Part shown: positions 11,960 to 24,295 of the stretch, piece by piece
Layout: every line of letters begins with the position of its first letter
Position numbering within the stretch: the stretch's first letter is position 1
Assembly: GCF_006345805.1 (NCBI RefSeq)
Contig: NC_042997.1
Coordinates: forward strand, 187,240,001 to 187,304,000
Source of the DNA: Octopus sinensis
Taxonomy: Eukaryota
DNA length: 64,000 nt
Reading direction: 5' to 3'
Made by a program: the position numbers and the translations under genes
The notes under the pieces: model-generated
Database searches by the model: none
Seen by the model: the letters and a program-made list of their open reading frames with translations, nothing else
What the model was told of the DNA's origin: nothing

Positions 11960-12830
11960 AGGATATATTAATGTTCATAGGTTTGCTGATGATAGTACAG
12001 TTTTCAATGACACAGAGGACAAAGCAGAAGAGCTTGCTTCTGAAATATCCCAACTGTAGCTTTACAATTTTGTCTTAATATAAATGTTGAATTTGTTGCA
12101 GATGGTGTTGATGCTGTATTAGATAGAGTATAGCTGGCACAAATGAGGATGCTTCAATATTCAAACCAGTCATTTCGGGTCAAAATATTTAACCTATTTC
12201 TTTACTACCCACAAGGGGCTAAACACAGAAGGGACAAACAAGGACAGACAAATGGATTAAGTCAATTATATCGACCCCAGTGCTTAACTGGTACTTATTT
12301 AATCGACCCCAAAAGGATGAAAGGCAAAGTCAACCTCGGCAGAATTTGAACTCAGAACGTAGTGACAGATGAAATACTGCTGAGCATTTCGCCTGGTGTG
12401 CTAACGATTCTGCCAGCTCACAGCCAATGATTGTGGATTTGGATTTGTAAAGTGGTGTTCCATTGCTCCCAAACATATCAAAGAAATTAAAGAACAATTA
12501 AGTATCTGAGTCAATTTGAATCAAATTGGCTCAGAAACTTAATTGTTCTTTAATTTCTTTGATATGTTTGGGAGCAATGGAACACCACTTTACAAATCCA
12601 AATCCACAATCATTGATCATCTTGATTGCTTGATCTTCTATAGTACCAAACTATGGACATCACTCCAGAAGGATTTGGAAAAGTTAAAAGTATTCCAGAT
12701 AGGATATCTTCCCTGAATCTTCAGATCATTATGGCTTAATTACCTGCATGATGACAAACTTTTATTGAGAAATGGTTGTTGTACTCGTAAGGCTATAGGA
12801 ATTGAAAGCTCTGTTAAGATTACCATCATA
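11960..12830 (+). mobile_element. old RTE-type LINE RT remnant interrupted by a family B SINE (12192-12424) and a foldback duplication
   Basis: FADDSTVFNDTEDKAEELASEIS (RT YADD-like motif) and LIFYSTKLWTSLQKDLEKLKVFQIGYLP*IFRSLW, resembling LLYGSETWTL...KLEVF...LRRILRI.W. Confidence 0.7.
12425..12615. repeat. near-perfect 191-bp palindrome (95-bp arms, 1-nt spacer, 2 mismatches)
   Basis: Direct pairing about centre 12520; mismatches at 12504/12536 and 12511/12529. Confidence 0.97.
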
Positions 12831-12989
12831 TGAACTGTGCCGTATTAATATATGTGTACACTGGGCAATTGTCTGGAGGTTCTTGTGGGTTTAGGGGTCC
12901 AATTGTAGTCTAGTTATGCCGTGATTTGCTGTCAATAAGTAAACACTATTGATCTCAGTGCAATGATTTGCCCTGGAGCCCACAATACT

Positions 12990-13410
12990 ACTTATTTCTT
13001 TATTGCCCACAAGGGGTTAAACGTAGAGGGCACAAACAAGGACAGACAAAGGGATTAAGTCGATTATATTGACCCCAGTGCGTAACTGGTACGTTATTTA
13101 TCGACCCTGAAAGGATGAAAGGCAAAGTTGACCTCGGCAAAATTTGAACTCAGAACGTAAAGACAGACGAAATACCTATTTCTTTACTACCCACAAGGGG
13201 CTAAACACAGAGGGGACAAACAAAGACAAACAAACGGATTAAGTCGATTACATCGACCCCAATGCATAACTGATACTTAATTTATCGACCCCGAAAGGAT
13301 GAAAGGCAAAGTCGACCTCGGCGAAATTTGAACTCAGAATGTAACGGCAGTCGAAATACGGCTAAGCATTTCGACCAGCCTGCTAACGTTTCTGCCACCT
13401 CACTGCCTTA
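12990..13410 (-). mobile_element. dimeric family B SINE
   Basis: Two monomers joined at ...gtgggtagtaaagaaatag|gtatttcgtctg...; the same junction recurs at 15452-15845 (+) and 29405-29815 (+). Confidence 0.85.
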
Positions 13411-13646
13411 CATAATACTACTAAGTCCTCATTGTATGGAAGCAGTTTAAACTTCTCCAATCACTAAAAGAGAAAGTACGCAAAAGTATTGAAAGTTTGA
13501 AAGGCCTAACAGAAAATGATCTGTAAAAAGTACTTAAAAAAAAACTAAAAATAATCATATTTCATTTTTGGATTTGGTTTGCAAGATTCTTTATATGAGT
13601 TTGTGTGTTGAAGCATATTCTGTTGTGTCTGGGGAGAGTCATTTCC

Positions 13647-13875
13647 TTTTTGTGCCTTATAATGTAACACACTCACTGGTAAAATTTCCACTTTTTTTCT
13701 TATTTTTATTGTCCTAAAATTTTCGTTGCATCTTGCAACCTTTTCAATAGTTTTAACTCTTGGAGTCAAAACTATTGAAAAGGTTGCAAGATGCAACGAA
13801 AATTTTAGGACAATAAAAATAAGAAAAAAGTGGAAATGTTACCAGTGAGTGTGTTATATAATAAGGCATAAAAAT
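13647..13875. repeat. ~229-bp palindromic repeat element (~112-bp arms, 3-nt loop)
   Basis: Arms pair about 13761 with a few mismatches; a single arm of the same family lies at ~56995-57130. Confidence 0.93.
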
Positions 13876-15451
13876 AACCATTGATACTAATAAACACTTG
13901 ATGATATATAAAAAAAATTGATGGGTGATGGGCATCCCAGGAGGAGAAATGGACATATCATATCAGGAGAAGCATCATAAGATGTTACTGCTATCATAAC
14001 AGTGTTCCTGTATTCCTCTCTAGAATTCTAGTTATTGATCATTCTACCTGATTCTTTCCATCTGTAGATCTTTCACTCATGTCTGATTTAGTGCATTTAA
14101 TCCACTAATTTGATGCATTTGCTTCTCTCATTTGGTACCTTTGATCGATTAATTCGGTGAGTTTGATCAATTAATTGGCACATTTGATTCGCTAATTGCT
14201 GTTCTAAGAAAGAGGACATACTTAATGTTTAGTGCACATCAGATTTAATATACCTGTATAGCATTTCAGCAAAAGAGACCGATTTGGCAAAAGAAACTGA
14301 AACAAGTGTCAGGCCTTAAAATAAGTACTGGGGTTGATTTGTTCAATTAAAATCTTTCAAAGCAGTGCTCCAGCAAGGCCACAGTTCAGTGAGTGAAACA
14401 AGTAAAGGTAAATGAAAATCCCTTTTACCTTCTCTAACAGTTCTTCTGGTTACCCTATTCTGATTTTCTTTATAGGGCCATTTCACAGTATTTTGTTTAT
14501 ACAAAAATCAAAAACGAAGTTTGTTTATTTGGAAAAAATTTCTTGATTTCTTGCATAATGGTCATAGTTTGTGAAAACAGGAAAAATGATTCTCAGTCTA
14601 CTGTGGCTTATGCATAAATTATCATAATTTTCCTAATTTCTAATTTTGGCCGTTTTGGAGGGGAAAATGCTTATTTTTGCTAGAGGAAAATAGAAAAAAA
14701 CTTTAACCAGTTAAAAGTACTGGGACATGGACTCCTTCAAGGGAACAAATATTCAAATATTCAGTAATATTGAAAACCTAAATCTGCTTCAGAGAAACAG
14801 TAGCATTACTTGTCCAATAAATGATTTTCTCCTCCACAATATTTTAAACCTTAAAGTCTTCTTACTTCTTGTACAAATGGCCAGTTCAGAATTTGCGTTT
14901 CAGAACCTGTTTTTAGGCCAGAGCTACTCAATAATGTTTTCAAAATGGCCAGTTGTTTTTTTTTGTTCAGTCCAAGGTACAATAGTATTTTTTTGTTGCA
15001 GAGGGCAAGTCTGTTGCAGAAAAAGTGTGAAGTCCAACAGGTCTTATCTAAAGTGGTGATAGTAGCTATAATAGTTTCAATGATATATTTCATTCTGATG
15101 CAAATTTAAAACTTCAAGCTAGACTAGCAGATCATAAATACTCAAAAGTGTGTTAAAGTCCAATGAAAATAAACCTGATGTGACTTTCTGAACCTGCAAA
15201 ATGATCCTTCTGAAACTACAATATTTGTATAAATATGTATATATTATGTGTGTATCATAGATTGAAACATGTGGATTGATCTAACAAAAGCCCAATTTAA
15301 TATATATCTGGCTGTTGGAAAACTCTACATTTTTAATGGTGACTGTAATTCCAAATTTTTAACCAGTAAACAAAAAATAAAACCCAAAATGTGACCATTC
15401 AAATGAAAGCTCATGATGAGTTTATTTAAACAGTGGTGTGAGAAAGTGTAA

Positions 15452-15845
15452 AGGCAGCGAGCTGGCAGAAACATTAGCGCGTCGGGCGAAATGCTTAGCA
15501 GTATTTTGTCTGCCATTACATTCAGAGTTCAAATTCAGCTGAGGTCGACTTTGCCTTTCGTCCTTTCGGGGTCAATAAATTAAGGACCAGTTGCGTAGTG
15601 GGGGTCAATATAAATCAACTTAATCCGTTTGTTTGTCCTTGTTTGTCCTCTCTGTGTTTAGCCCCTTGTGGGTAGTAAAGAAATAGGTATTTCGTCTGCC
15701 GTTACGTTCAGAGTTCAAATTCCGCCGAGGTCGACTTCGCCTTTCATCCTTTCGGGGTCGATAAATTAAATACCAGTTATGCACTGGGGTCGATATAATC
15801 AACTTAATCCGTCTGTCTGTACTTGTTTGTCTTCTCTGTGTATAT
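15452..15845 (+). mobile_element. dimeric family B SINE
   Basis: Full monomer followed by a 5'-truncated monomer starting ggtatttcgtctgccgttacg. Confidence 0.85.
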
Positions 15846-16358
15846 TCCTCTTGATATCTTCTGATACTGTCCTCAAGGAACCATCAGTAATTGGCACTAT
15901 CTTCACCGTCTTCATTTTCCATAGTCAGGCTATTTTTATTACTTAAGAGGATTGTATATATCATTATTATCATTATTAAAAAGAAATCATCATGATCATC
16001 ATAATTATTATAATTATTATTATTATTTCTGGCTTCATCACGCAGCTGAATATTCTCAGGAAACTGAAACTGTAACCTGTTTGGGTTCCCTATTCAAGTA
16101 TTTCACTTACGTTGAGAAAACTGCTGTCTTGAGAGACAGGAAAGTTATAAATGTCACATCACTTGGAAAATAAAAACAAAAGCCATTATTATCAATATGA
16201 TTGAAATTAATATACATCTGACAAAATAGAATTCAGGATACAGATGTTGTTAAACCTAACTAAAATGTGATATAATGTGTGTGTGTGTGTGTGTGTGTAT
16301 ACATGGGGGTACGTGTTGTGTATGTATATTATTATTCACATACACACATATATTCATG

Positions 16359-16400
<42 letters not shown>

Positions 16401-16405
<5 letters not shown>

Positions 16406-17207
16406 GGTGTGATGGGTTAATTGTCACCAATTTATATTTTTAATTTCACACATGTGCATTGTTTGCTTTTGATTTTGTCAACTACACAGTATAGTAGGGT
16501 CAGTTGGGCACTGTCTGTGAGGAAACCAGAGCCATGATGCAATTCAGTCTGCCAGAAATTTGGAAATAGCATGCTGTGCTGCTTGATATTTGCTCCAGAA
16601 GCTCCAATACAAACATTTCAGAGTATTTGGGTGTCAATCTGAGGACAGTGGACGTTTGAGAGCTATAAAAATCAAACATCCAATCAACATCATGGTGTTT
16701 GGAGTGATCACTAGTGATGGCAAGGTTATGTCTCCATTAATCTTCCCACACAGCCTCATACTCAAGACAGACACCTACATCAAGTGCCGGGAGGAGGTAG
16801 TGCTACCCTGGGTCAAGAGGGTGGCTGCTTAAAGACCCTATGTCTGGCAACAGGACTCTGCACCAAGCCACACAAGCAGGAGAACCCAGTTATGGCTGCC
16901 AGACAATTTCCACAACCACATCACCCCTAACATCTGGCCACCTAACTCCCCAGACTGCAATCCCCTTGATTATTATGTGCGGGGCACAGTTGAGCAAGAG
17001 ACCAACAAAATTCCTTGTAACACCAAAGACGAACTGAAAGCAAGGATTATGGCAGCATCCACCAATTTAAACAAGGAGACTGTCCAAAAGAGTTGCAGGA
17101 GATTCTGAAGTCATCTGGAGGCCGTGGTTGAAGCCAATGGCAATTTTATTAAATAAATTTACTCTTTAGTATTTCAAGATATTTTTATGTAATTTTGGTA
17201 AATATAT
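16401..17207 (+). mobile_element. Tc1/mariner DD37D (maT-type) transposon remnant, internally deleted
   Basis: Starts TA-cagggtgtg after (TA)n. Translation IMVFGVITSDGKVMSPLIFP...PYVWQQDSAPSH...WPPNSPDCNPLDYYV...; 37 residues counted between the 2nd and 3rd Asp; in-frame stops present. Confidence 0.9.
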
Positions 17208-17483
17208 AGGCACAGGAGTGGCAGTGTGGTAAGTAGCTTGCTTACCAACCATATGGTTCTTGGTTCAGTCCCACTGCGTGGCACCTAGGGTAAATGTTTT
17301 CTACTATAGCCTCGGGCCGACCAAAGCCTTGTGAGTGTATTTGGTAGATGGAAACTGAAAGAAGCCCGTCGTATATATATATATATAATATATATATATG
17401 TGTGTGTGTGTGTGTATATGTTTGTGTGTCTGTATTTGTCCAACATCGTCTGATGTTGGGGGACATCAAAAGAGAGAGTAAGA

Positions 17484-17530
<47 letters not shown>

Positions 17531-17720
17531 TATATATGTTTATATATATATATATGCATATATATATGACAAGCTTCTTTCAGTTTCCATCTACCAAATC
17601 CACTCACAAGACTTTTGTTGGCCTGAGGCTTTAGTAGAAGTCAATTGCCTAATGTACGACACAGTGGGATTGAACCCTGAATCATGTGGTTGAGAAACAA
17701 GCTTCTTACAACACAGTCAC
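17208..17720. mobile_element. two inverted family A SINE 5' halves around a microsatellite
   Basis: + half at 17208-17390 and - half at ~17570-17720. Confidence 0.8.
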
Positions 17721-19324
17721 ACACACACACATACACTTATATATGTAACTATATATGTAACTAACTGATGATGAAAACTCTACCGTTTATATTCATGGTG
17801 CAACCCACCAGTATCCAAGTACACATCTGTGCTCATGAGGGCAGGATCAGAAAATTTGCAAATTCTGGGAAAGGAGCGACTGGTTAAACTTTTACTTATA
17901 TATTTATTTATCTGCTTATTTTATTGGTTGGTATCTGTTTTTTTTTTTTGAATAAATCACATGTGTTGGGGGTGTGCATTGGTACATGTGCAGTGATGCA
18001 TGTGTTTCTGAGTACAGGCATTCAAGTCCTGTCTTTTACTTATTTTGGAATGGTACAGACGAAATTACAATTTAATGGCTCTTCATCTTCCATACTAATC
18101 ACTCAAAGAATTAAGAATGCAAGAATAAAGCATTAGACTACCAATAAACTTATACATTTCATACAAGCATGCGGAACATATACACACACCAACATACAGA
18201 TATATCATCATCATCATCATCATCGTTTAACGTCCGCTTTCCATGCTAACATGGGTTGGACGAATGACTGAGGGCTGGCGAACCAGATGGTTGCACCAGG
18301 CTTCAGTCTTGATCTGGCAGAGTTTCTACAGCTGGATGTCCTTCCTAATGCCAACCACTCCGAGAGTGTAGTGGGTGCTTTTACATGCCACCGGCACGGA
18401 GCCAGTCAGACAGTACTGGCAACGACCTCGCTTGAATCTTTTACACGTGCTACCGGCACAGGTGCCAGTAAGGCGATGCTGGTAATGATCACGCTCGGAT
18501 GGTTTCTTTTATGTGCCACTGGCACGGAGGCCAGATAGCTGCTCTGGCAACGATCACTCTTGGATGTTTATTCTTTTCTACCCTAGGCGCAAGGCCTGGA
18601 ATTTGGCAGGAGGGCACCAGTCGATTAGATCGACCCCAGTATGCAACTGGTACTTAAGTTATCGACCCCAAAAGGATGAAAGGCAAAGTCGACCTTGGCG
18701 GAATTTGAACTCAGAACGTAAAGACAAACAAAATACCACTACTAATGTTTCTGCAGATATATGTTTATTAACACACTAATGTATGTTTACTAACACACCT
18801 GTGTGTGTGCTTAAGAATCTAACACTCACATCAATGTATCTTTTATCTTTTACTTGTGTCAGTAAATCGAATGTGGCCATGCTGGGGCACCACCTTGAAG
18901 AATTTTAGTCAAGCGAATCAACTCCAGTAACTATTACTTTTTTTTAAAGCCTGCTACTTATTCTATTGGACTCCTTAGTTATGGGGATGTAAACACACTA
19001 ACACCTGTTTTCGAGTGGTGGTGGAAGACAAACACAAACACACACACACACACACACACACATATGATGGACTACTTTCGGTTTCCATGTACTAAATCCA
19101 CTCACAAACCTTGGTTCAAGGTTATAGCAGAAGACACTTGCTCAAGGTGCTGCATGGTAGGATTGAACCCAGAACTATGTGGTTAGGAAGCAAAGCTCTT
19201 CGACTCAGTCTACGTGGCTGTATATCTATACCAATCTAAAGATTTATAGGATTTTTCTTTTTCCTTCTTCTGGGGGTTAGTAGAGGCAGTGGAGCATGTC
19301 TGCCACAGTATCTGATTTAAACTT

Positions 19325-19561
19325 TTTATTTAAATTATTTACATTATTTACATTTGATGGATATTTGTCCTCATCTTGTTTGTTGTTAACACAACGCTTC
19401 GGCTGATATACCTTCCAGCCTTCATCAGGTGTCTTGGGGAAATTTCGCACCTGGGGTCTCATTCCTGAGGTATTTTTTGGTGTTGTTGTTGTTGCTGTTG
19501 CTGTTGTTGCTGTTGATGTTGTCGTCTTTGTTGTTGTTGCTGTTGTTGTTGTTGTTGTTGC

Positions 19562-19598
<37 letters not shown>

Positions 19599-19745
19599 CT
19601 TCTTCTTCTTCTTCTTCTTCTTCTTCTTCTTCTTCTTCTTCTTCTTCTTCTTCTTTTTCTTCTTCTTCTTCTAATCAGGTCACTGCCTGGAATCAAACAC
19701 GGAATCTTGGAGTTAGTAGCCCGTGCTCTTAACCACTACGCCATA
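19325..19745 (-). mobile_element. composite SINE-like element: tRNA head + (AAG)n(AAC)n + hammerhead-bearing body
   Basis: Minus strand: tatggcgtagtggttaagagc (A box)...gtttgattcc (B box), microsatellite, then a body shared with 24205-24360. Confidence 0.8.
19388..19433 (-). ncRNA. minimal type I hammerhead ribozyme motif (A15.1->G variant)
   Basis: GACAC-CUGAUGA-A-GGCUG[gaagguauau]CAGCC-GAAG-C-GUU-GUGUU; stem I GACAC/GUGUU, 5-bp stem II. Confidence 0.7.
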
Positions 19746-19938
19746 TACTATATAGATATAGAACTGTATTAAACTTTTTAATGACTGAATGAAGTGCATG
19801 TGCATGGTTGTATGCATCAGCAATGTGCAAGTATGAACACGCATGTGGCAAGATGCATGCACATGGTGGTATGCATTAAACATATATGAATATATATATA
19901 TATGTGAGCTTGAAAAGGAACATACAAGTTGTTATATC

Positions 19939-20061
19939 TATGGAAAAAAAGCCAAGGTAGAAAATGCTAAAATAATTTTACAAAAAACATTTCAGTACCA
20001 GTACTGAAATGTTTTTTATAAAATTATCTTAGCATTTTCTACCTTGATTTTTTTTCCCATA
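19939..20061. repeat. ~123-bp hairpin (60-bp arms, 2-nt loop) flanked by (TA)n
   Basis: ...catttcagtac-ca-gtactgaaatg...; arms pair out to tatgg/ccata. Confidence 0.93.
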
Positions 20062-20152
20062 TATATATAATAAGGGTAGAAATTGATATTAATAAATTAA
20101 AACCAGTAGCTTAGCATATTTAAAAAATCTGAAGATTAAAAATCGTGTTACA

Positions 20153-20473
20153 TACAAAATTTAGAGGAATGACCACTAAAGTGGACACCCTGTATGCTAA
20201 ACATAGACTTCAAATTGCCATTACCATGAAGAATGTGTTCTCAAGAAAAATCTGAGCAAAATGCCAAAATGTAAAACTGAGCAAGACAAATGAAAATAAA
20301 CAAAATAAAAAACAATTACCTACGTACTAATAGTTTAACTTGTTAATATCTACGTATGCAAACACAGAGATATTTTCAAGATCGTCAGCGTAGTCTTCGT
20401 GCTAATGGCAATTTGATATCTATGTTTAGCAAATTAGGTGTCCACTTTAGTGGTCATTCCTCTTAATTTTGTA
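20153..20473. mobile_element. inverted-repeat element (~80-bp arms, ~160-bp spacer), TA-flanked
   Basis: tacaaaatttagaggaatgaccactaaagtggacacc... / ...ggtgtccactttagtggtcattcctcttaattttgta. Confidence 0.8.
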
Positions 20474-21757
20474 TATATATATATCGGGGTATTTTTTCTA
20501 ATCTATATTTTTCTTAAATTTTCCTTTCTCGTGGGCGGTGGTGTGGTCGTACATCAGTACATCTTATAAATGAATGGTAACTATCACTTAACTTAAAAAG
20601 AAGAATTGTTAAAATGTAATGATACAAGCTGGTTGATAGTAAAGGGCTTGAAATTTTCCTGCATTAAATTCCATGTGGTTTTCTTCAACCAATTTATACA
20701 TATTATCTTTACATATAAAAATACACACACACACACACACACATGTATGTATGTACCCCGCAGCAGAAGTGTTAAGACCAATCCTTCTGGTTGAGTAAAG
20801 TACTCATGGTGATGCCACATAAAAGCAGCTATGTGACCCCATATAAAACCACCCATGTGGTGCCACATGAAAGCACCCATGTGGTGATTGTAAAAGCACC
20901 CACCACACTCAGTAAATTGGTTGGTGTTAGGAAGGGCATCCAGCTATAGAAGCCATGTCAAATCGAACTGGTGTCTGGTGCAGCCCTCCCGGCTTGCCAG
21001 CTCTGGTCATACTGTCCAACCCATGCATGGTTGGTGTTAGGGAAGGGCATTCAGCTGTAAACACCATGCCAAAGGAACCGGTGGACCTTGTTGTATTCCT
21101 CTGGCTTGCCAGCTCCTATCAAACCATATAACTCATGCAACTGGAAAACGGACATTAAAGGATAAAGGTGATAATGATAACGACCACACACAACCAGTGT
21201 GTATATGTGTATATATATATATGTGTGTGTGTGTGTTTCCTTTTTAATTTTAATTATTTATTGGGTGGGGTTCTGGAGATTATGGACAGTTGTGAAGATT
21301 AATTTAAAGTGGAGGTAGTGTAGTATAGTTTTATCTAGGTGACTCCCTAATCAGTGACAGGGATATCATGGCATCTCATTAGTTTAATGACTGCTTTACT
21401 AGTTCACTGCTAAGATTCCCAAAATACAAGATATTTAAGGAACTGTCCTGATTAACATTCATCAACCGACCAACCCAACCCACTCTTTTTCTTCTCTGTT
21501 TCTTTCTATGACACATTTATGGTACATTTATAGCGAGCCTTGTTAAATAAGTAGTAAAACTTCAGACTAAGAAAAGTTCATGACCTGCTTTTCAATTTCT
21601 AGTTTGTTTTTTTTTTTTTTACTTCTTTTTGCTTTCTATTCTATTTGTAAAGCCATGAACATCACAACATCCATTTCTCTTTTGTAATCAATCAAGGATC
21701 ATCAAACAATCATGGATTGACAGAACTTTAGAGTGTCTTGATAAAATACTTGTAGTG

Positions 21758-22460
21758 TTTAGATATTTAGTAAGGCAGTGGGTTGGCAGAATTGTTAGCA
21801 TACAGGACGAATTGCTAGCATACAGCAGAATTTTGTCCAGCTTCATGTTCTGAGTTCAAATTTTGCTGACGTCAATTTTTGTCTTTCATCCATTTGGAAT
21901 TGACAAAATAAGTACCAGTTTAATACTGAGGTCAATGTAATCAGCTTACCCTTCACCTAAAATTGTTGACCCTGTGCCCAAAATTCGAACTCAAAATTTA
22001 GATATTTAGCCATGTGGCGAGCTGGCAGAATTGTTAACATGGTAAGCAAAATGCTTAGTGGCATTTTGTTCATCTTCAAGTTCTGAGTTCAAATTCTGCC
22101 AAGGTCAACTTTGCCTTTCATCCATTCAGGGTTGATAAAATAAGTACCAGTTGAATACTGGGGTCAATGTAATCAACTTACCCCTCACCTAAAATTGTTG
22201 ACCCTGTGCCCAAAATTCGAACTCAACATTTAGATATTTAGCCATGTGGCGAGCTGGCAGAATTGTTAACATGGTAAGCAAAATGCTTAGTGGCATTTTG
22301 TTCATCTTCAAGTTCTGAGTTCAAATTCTGCCAAGGTCAACTTTGCCTTTCATCCATTCAGGGTTGATAAAATAAGTACCAGTTGAAAACTGGGGGTCGA
22401 TGTAATCAACTTATCCCCTCCACAAAACTGCTGGCCCTGTGCCAAATTTGAAATCATTAT
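21758..22460 (+). repeat. tandem trimer of family B SINE units (periods 239 and 232 bp)
   Basis: gatatttag recurs at 21762, 22001 and 22233; units 2 and 3 are nearly identical in their 5' parts. Confidence 0.9.
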
Positions 22461-22694
22461 TTACTCTTTACTCTTTTACTTGTTTCAGTCATTTGACCAC
22501 AGTCATGCTGGAGCAGCGCCTTTAGTCAAGCAAATCAATCCCAGGATTTATTCTTTGGAAGCCTAGTACTTATTCTATTGGTCTCTCTTGCCGAACCACT
22601 AAGTTATGGGGACATAAACACAGCAGCATCAGTTGTCAAGAGATGTTTGGGGACAAACACAGACACACAAACATATACATACATAGATACATAC

Positions 22695-22760
<66 letters not shown>

Positions 22761-23621
22761 CGATGGGCTTCTTTCAGTTTCCGTCTACCAAATCCACTCA
22801 CAAGGCTTTGGTCGGCCCAAGGCTATAGTAGAAGACACTTGCCCAAGGTGCCACGCAATAGGAATGATCCCAGAACAGAACCAAGTGGTTGGTATGCAAG
22901 CCACTTACCACATAGCCACTCCTACGCCTATATCTGAATAAAATAAAAGATGAAACGGTCACGTCTAGAATATCTTAGAATCATAGTTCATCTTAATCAA
23001 GAACTGATCTGGGCAGAAACAACAGCAACTGAAGGGCAAATTCATTTGATATGATTTCTCTTTTATATTCAGATGAAGATGAAAGGATTAATATTGTAGC
23101 TCAAGGAAACAACTCCTTTTCTTCATTTCTCTCTATTATCTGTTGAAAGGCAAGAGTAGAAAATACTAGACATTTTACACCTCATGGCAATCTAACTTAT
23201 TGATTTTCAATGAATTCTCCTGTTTTATAGTGGCAAAATCACCAAGCTACAACTCTTCTGTCTCCAATTGCCCTGCTTCTTCACATTATTTTCTCTCCTT
23301 ATTTATCTGCATACATAGGTGAAAGCATGGATGTGTGGTAAGATGTTTATTTCCCAACCACATGGTTTTGGGTTCCATCCCACAGCATGGAACACTGGGC
23401 ATATAGGCCCAGGCTGACTAAAGCCTTGTGAGTGGATTCCGTAAAAAGCCAATTTTAAAATATATATATGCCCACGGGTATATGGTGTAGTGGTTAAGAG
23501 TGTGGGCTACTGACCCCAAGATTCTGAGTTCGATTTCAGGCAGTGACCTGAATAATAGTAATAATAATAATAATGATGATGATAATAATAATAATAATGA
23601 TAATAATAATAATAATAATAA

Positions 23622-24169
23622 GAGAGCAGTTCATGCCATCAAAGTGACACTGAGGTAAAATATACGAAGCCCAATATACCCATCATGACTACTCATCTGA
23701 TAAGGGTACACCAGGCACATGCATCACAACCATATGTGCACAACATGGTGATCTCATATCAAGATAAACAGCACATGACCTTGCAGGTGGGGCCCAGTTA
23801 GAATTTTCTTCAGGTTGAGTAGCCCATCCCGCTCAAACGGTCCCTGAATAAAGGTTGTTTAAGAATGTTGAAAAAACCATCCATGTTTCCAGAGGTGAAT
23901 TATTCAAACCTCAAAGAATCCCTCTCAACACATGGCTATGATGCTCCCCCACTACTTCTGCTCGTGATCAGAGATGCACATATCATCAGCCAATAAGGGA
24001 CATGCTCAACTGGTTACGGTCAAACAACTGACAAGCAAATCTGTGGTATTGAGCAGAATATTTGCTGTAGCCCATCTTTTATACCAAGACAAAACAATGT
24101 ACATGATAACACTTCCAATCAGTTAAGATCAGAAGCCATGAGAGCCACTGCCTGGTACTGCATCAGGGC

Positions 24170-24170
<1 letters not shown>
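23622..24170. mobile_element. unclassified non-coding insert embedded in (TAA)n
   Basis: Absent from the homologous 19.5-kb copy; bounded on both sides by (TAA)n; no TIR or ORF seen. Confidence 0.6.
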
Positions 24171-24205
<35 letters not shown>

Positions 24206-24252
24206 TCGAAAACTATTTTAAGAATGAGAACCCAGGTTCGAAATTTCTCCAA

Positions 24253-24295
24253 GATACCTGATAAAGGCTGGAGGGTATATCAGCCGAAACGTGTT
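24253..24295 (+). ncRNA. minimal hammerhead ribozyme motif (G8->A and a 3-nt deletion near the cleavage site)
   Basis: GAUAC-CUGAUAA-A-GGCUG[gaggguauau]CAGCC-GAAAC-GUGUU. Confidence 0.6.

Noticed and set aside
14727-15093. 110-aa and 80-aa opposing ORFs
   Set aside because: No recognisable motif or splice context; consistent with chance in AT-rich DNA.
21758-22460. Regularly spaced direct repeats (CRISPR-like at a glance; also 47536-47706)
   Set aside because: Whole-unit tandem repeats without unique spacers, in eukaryotic DNA with no cas genes.
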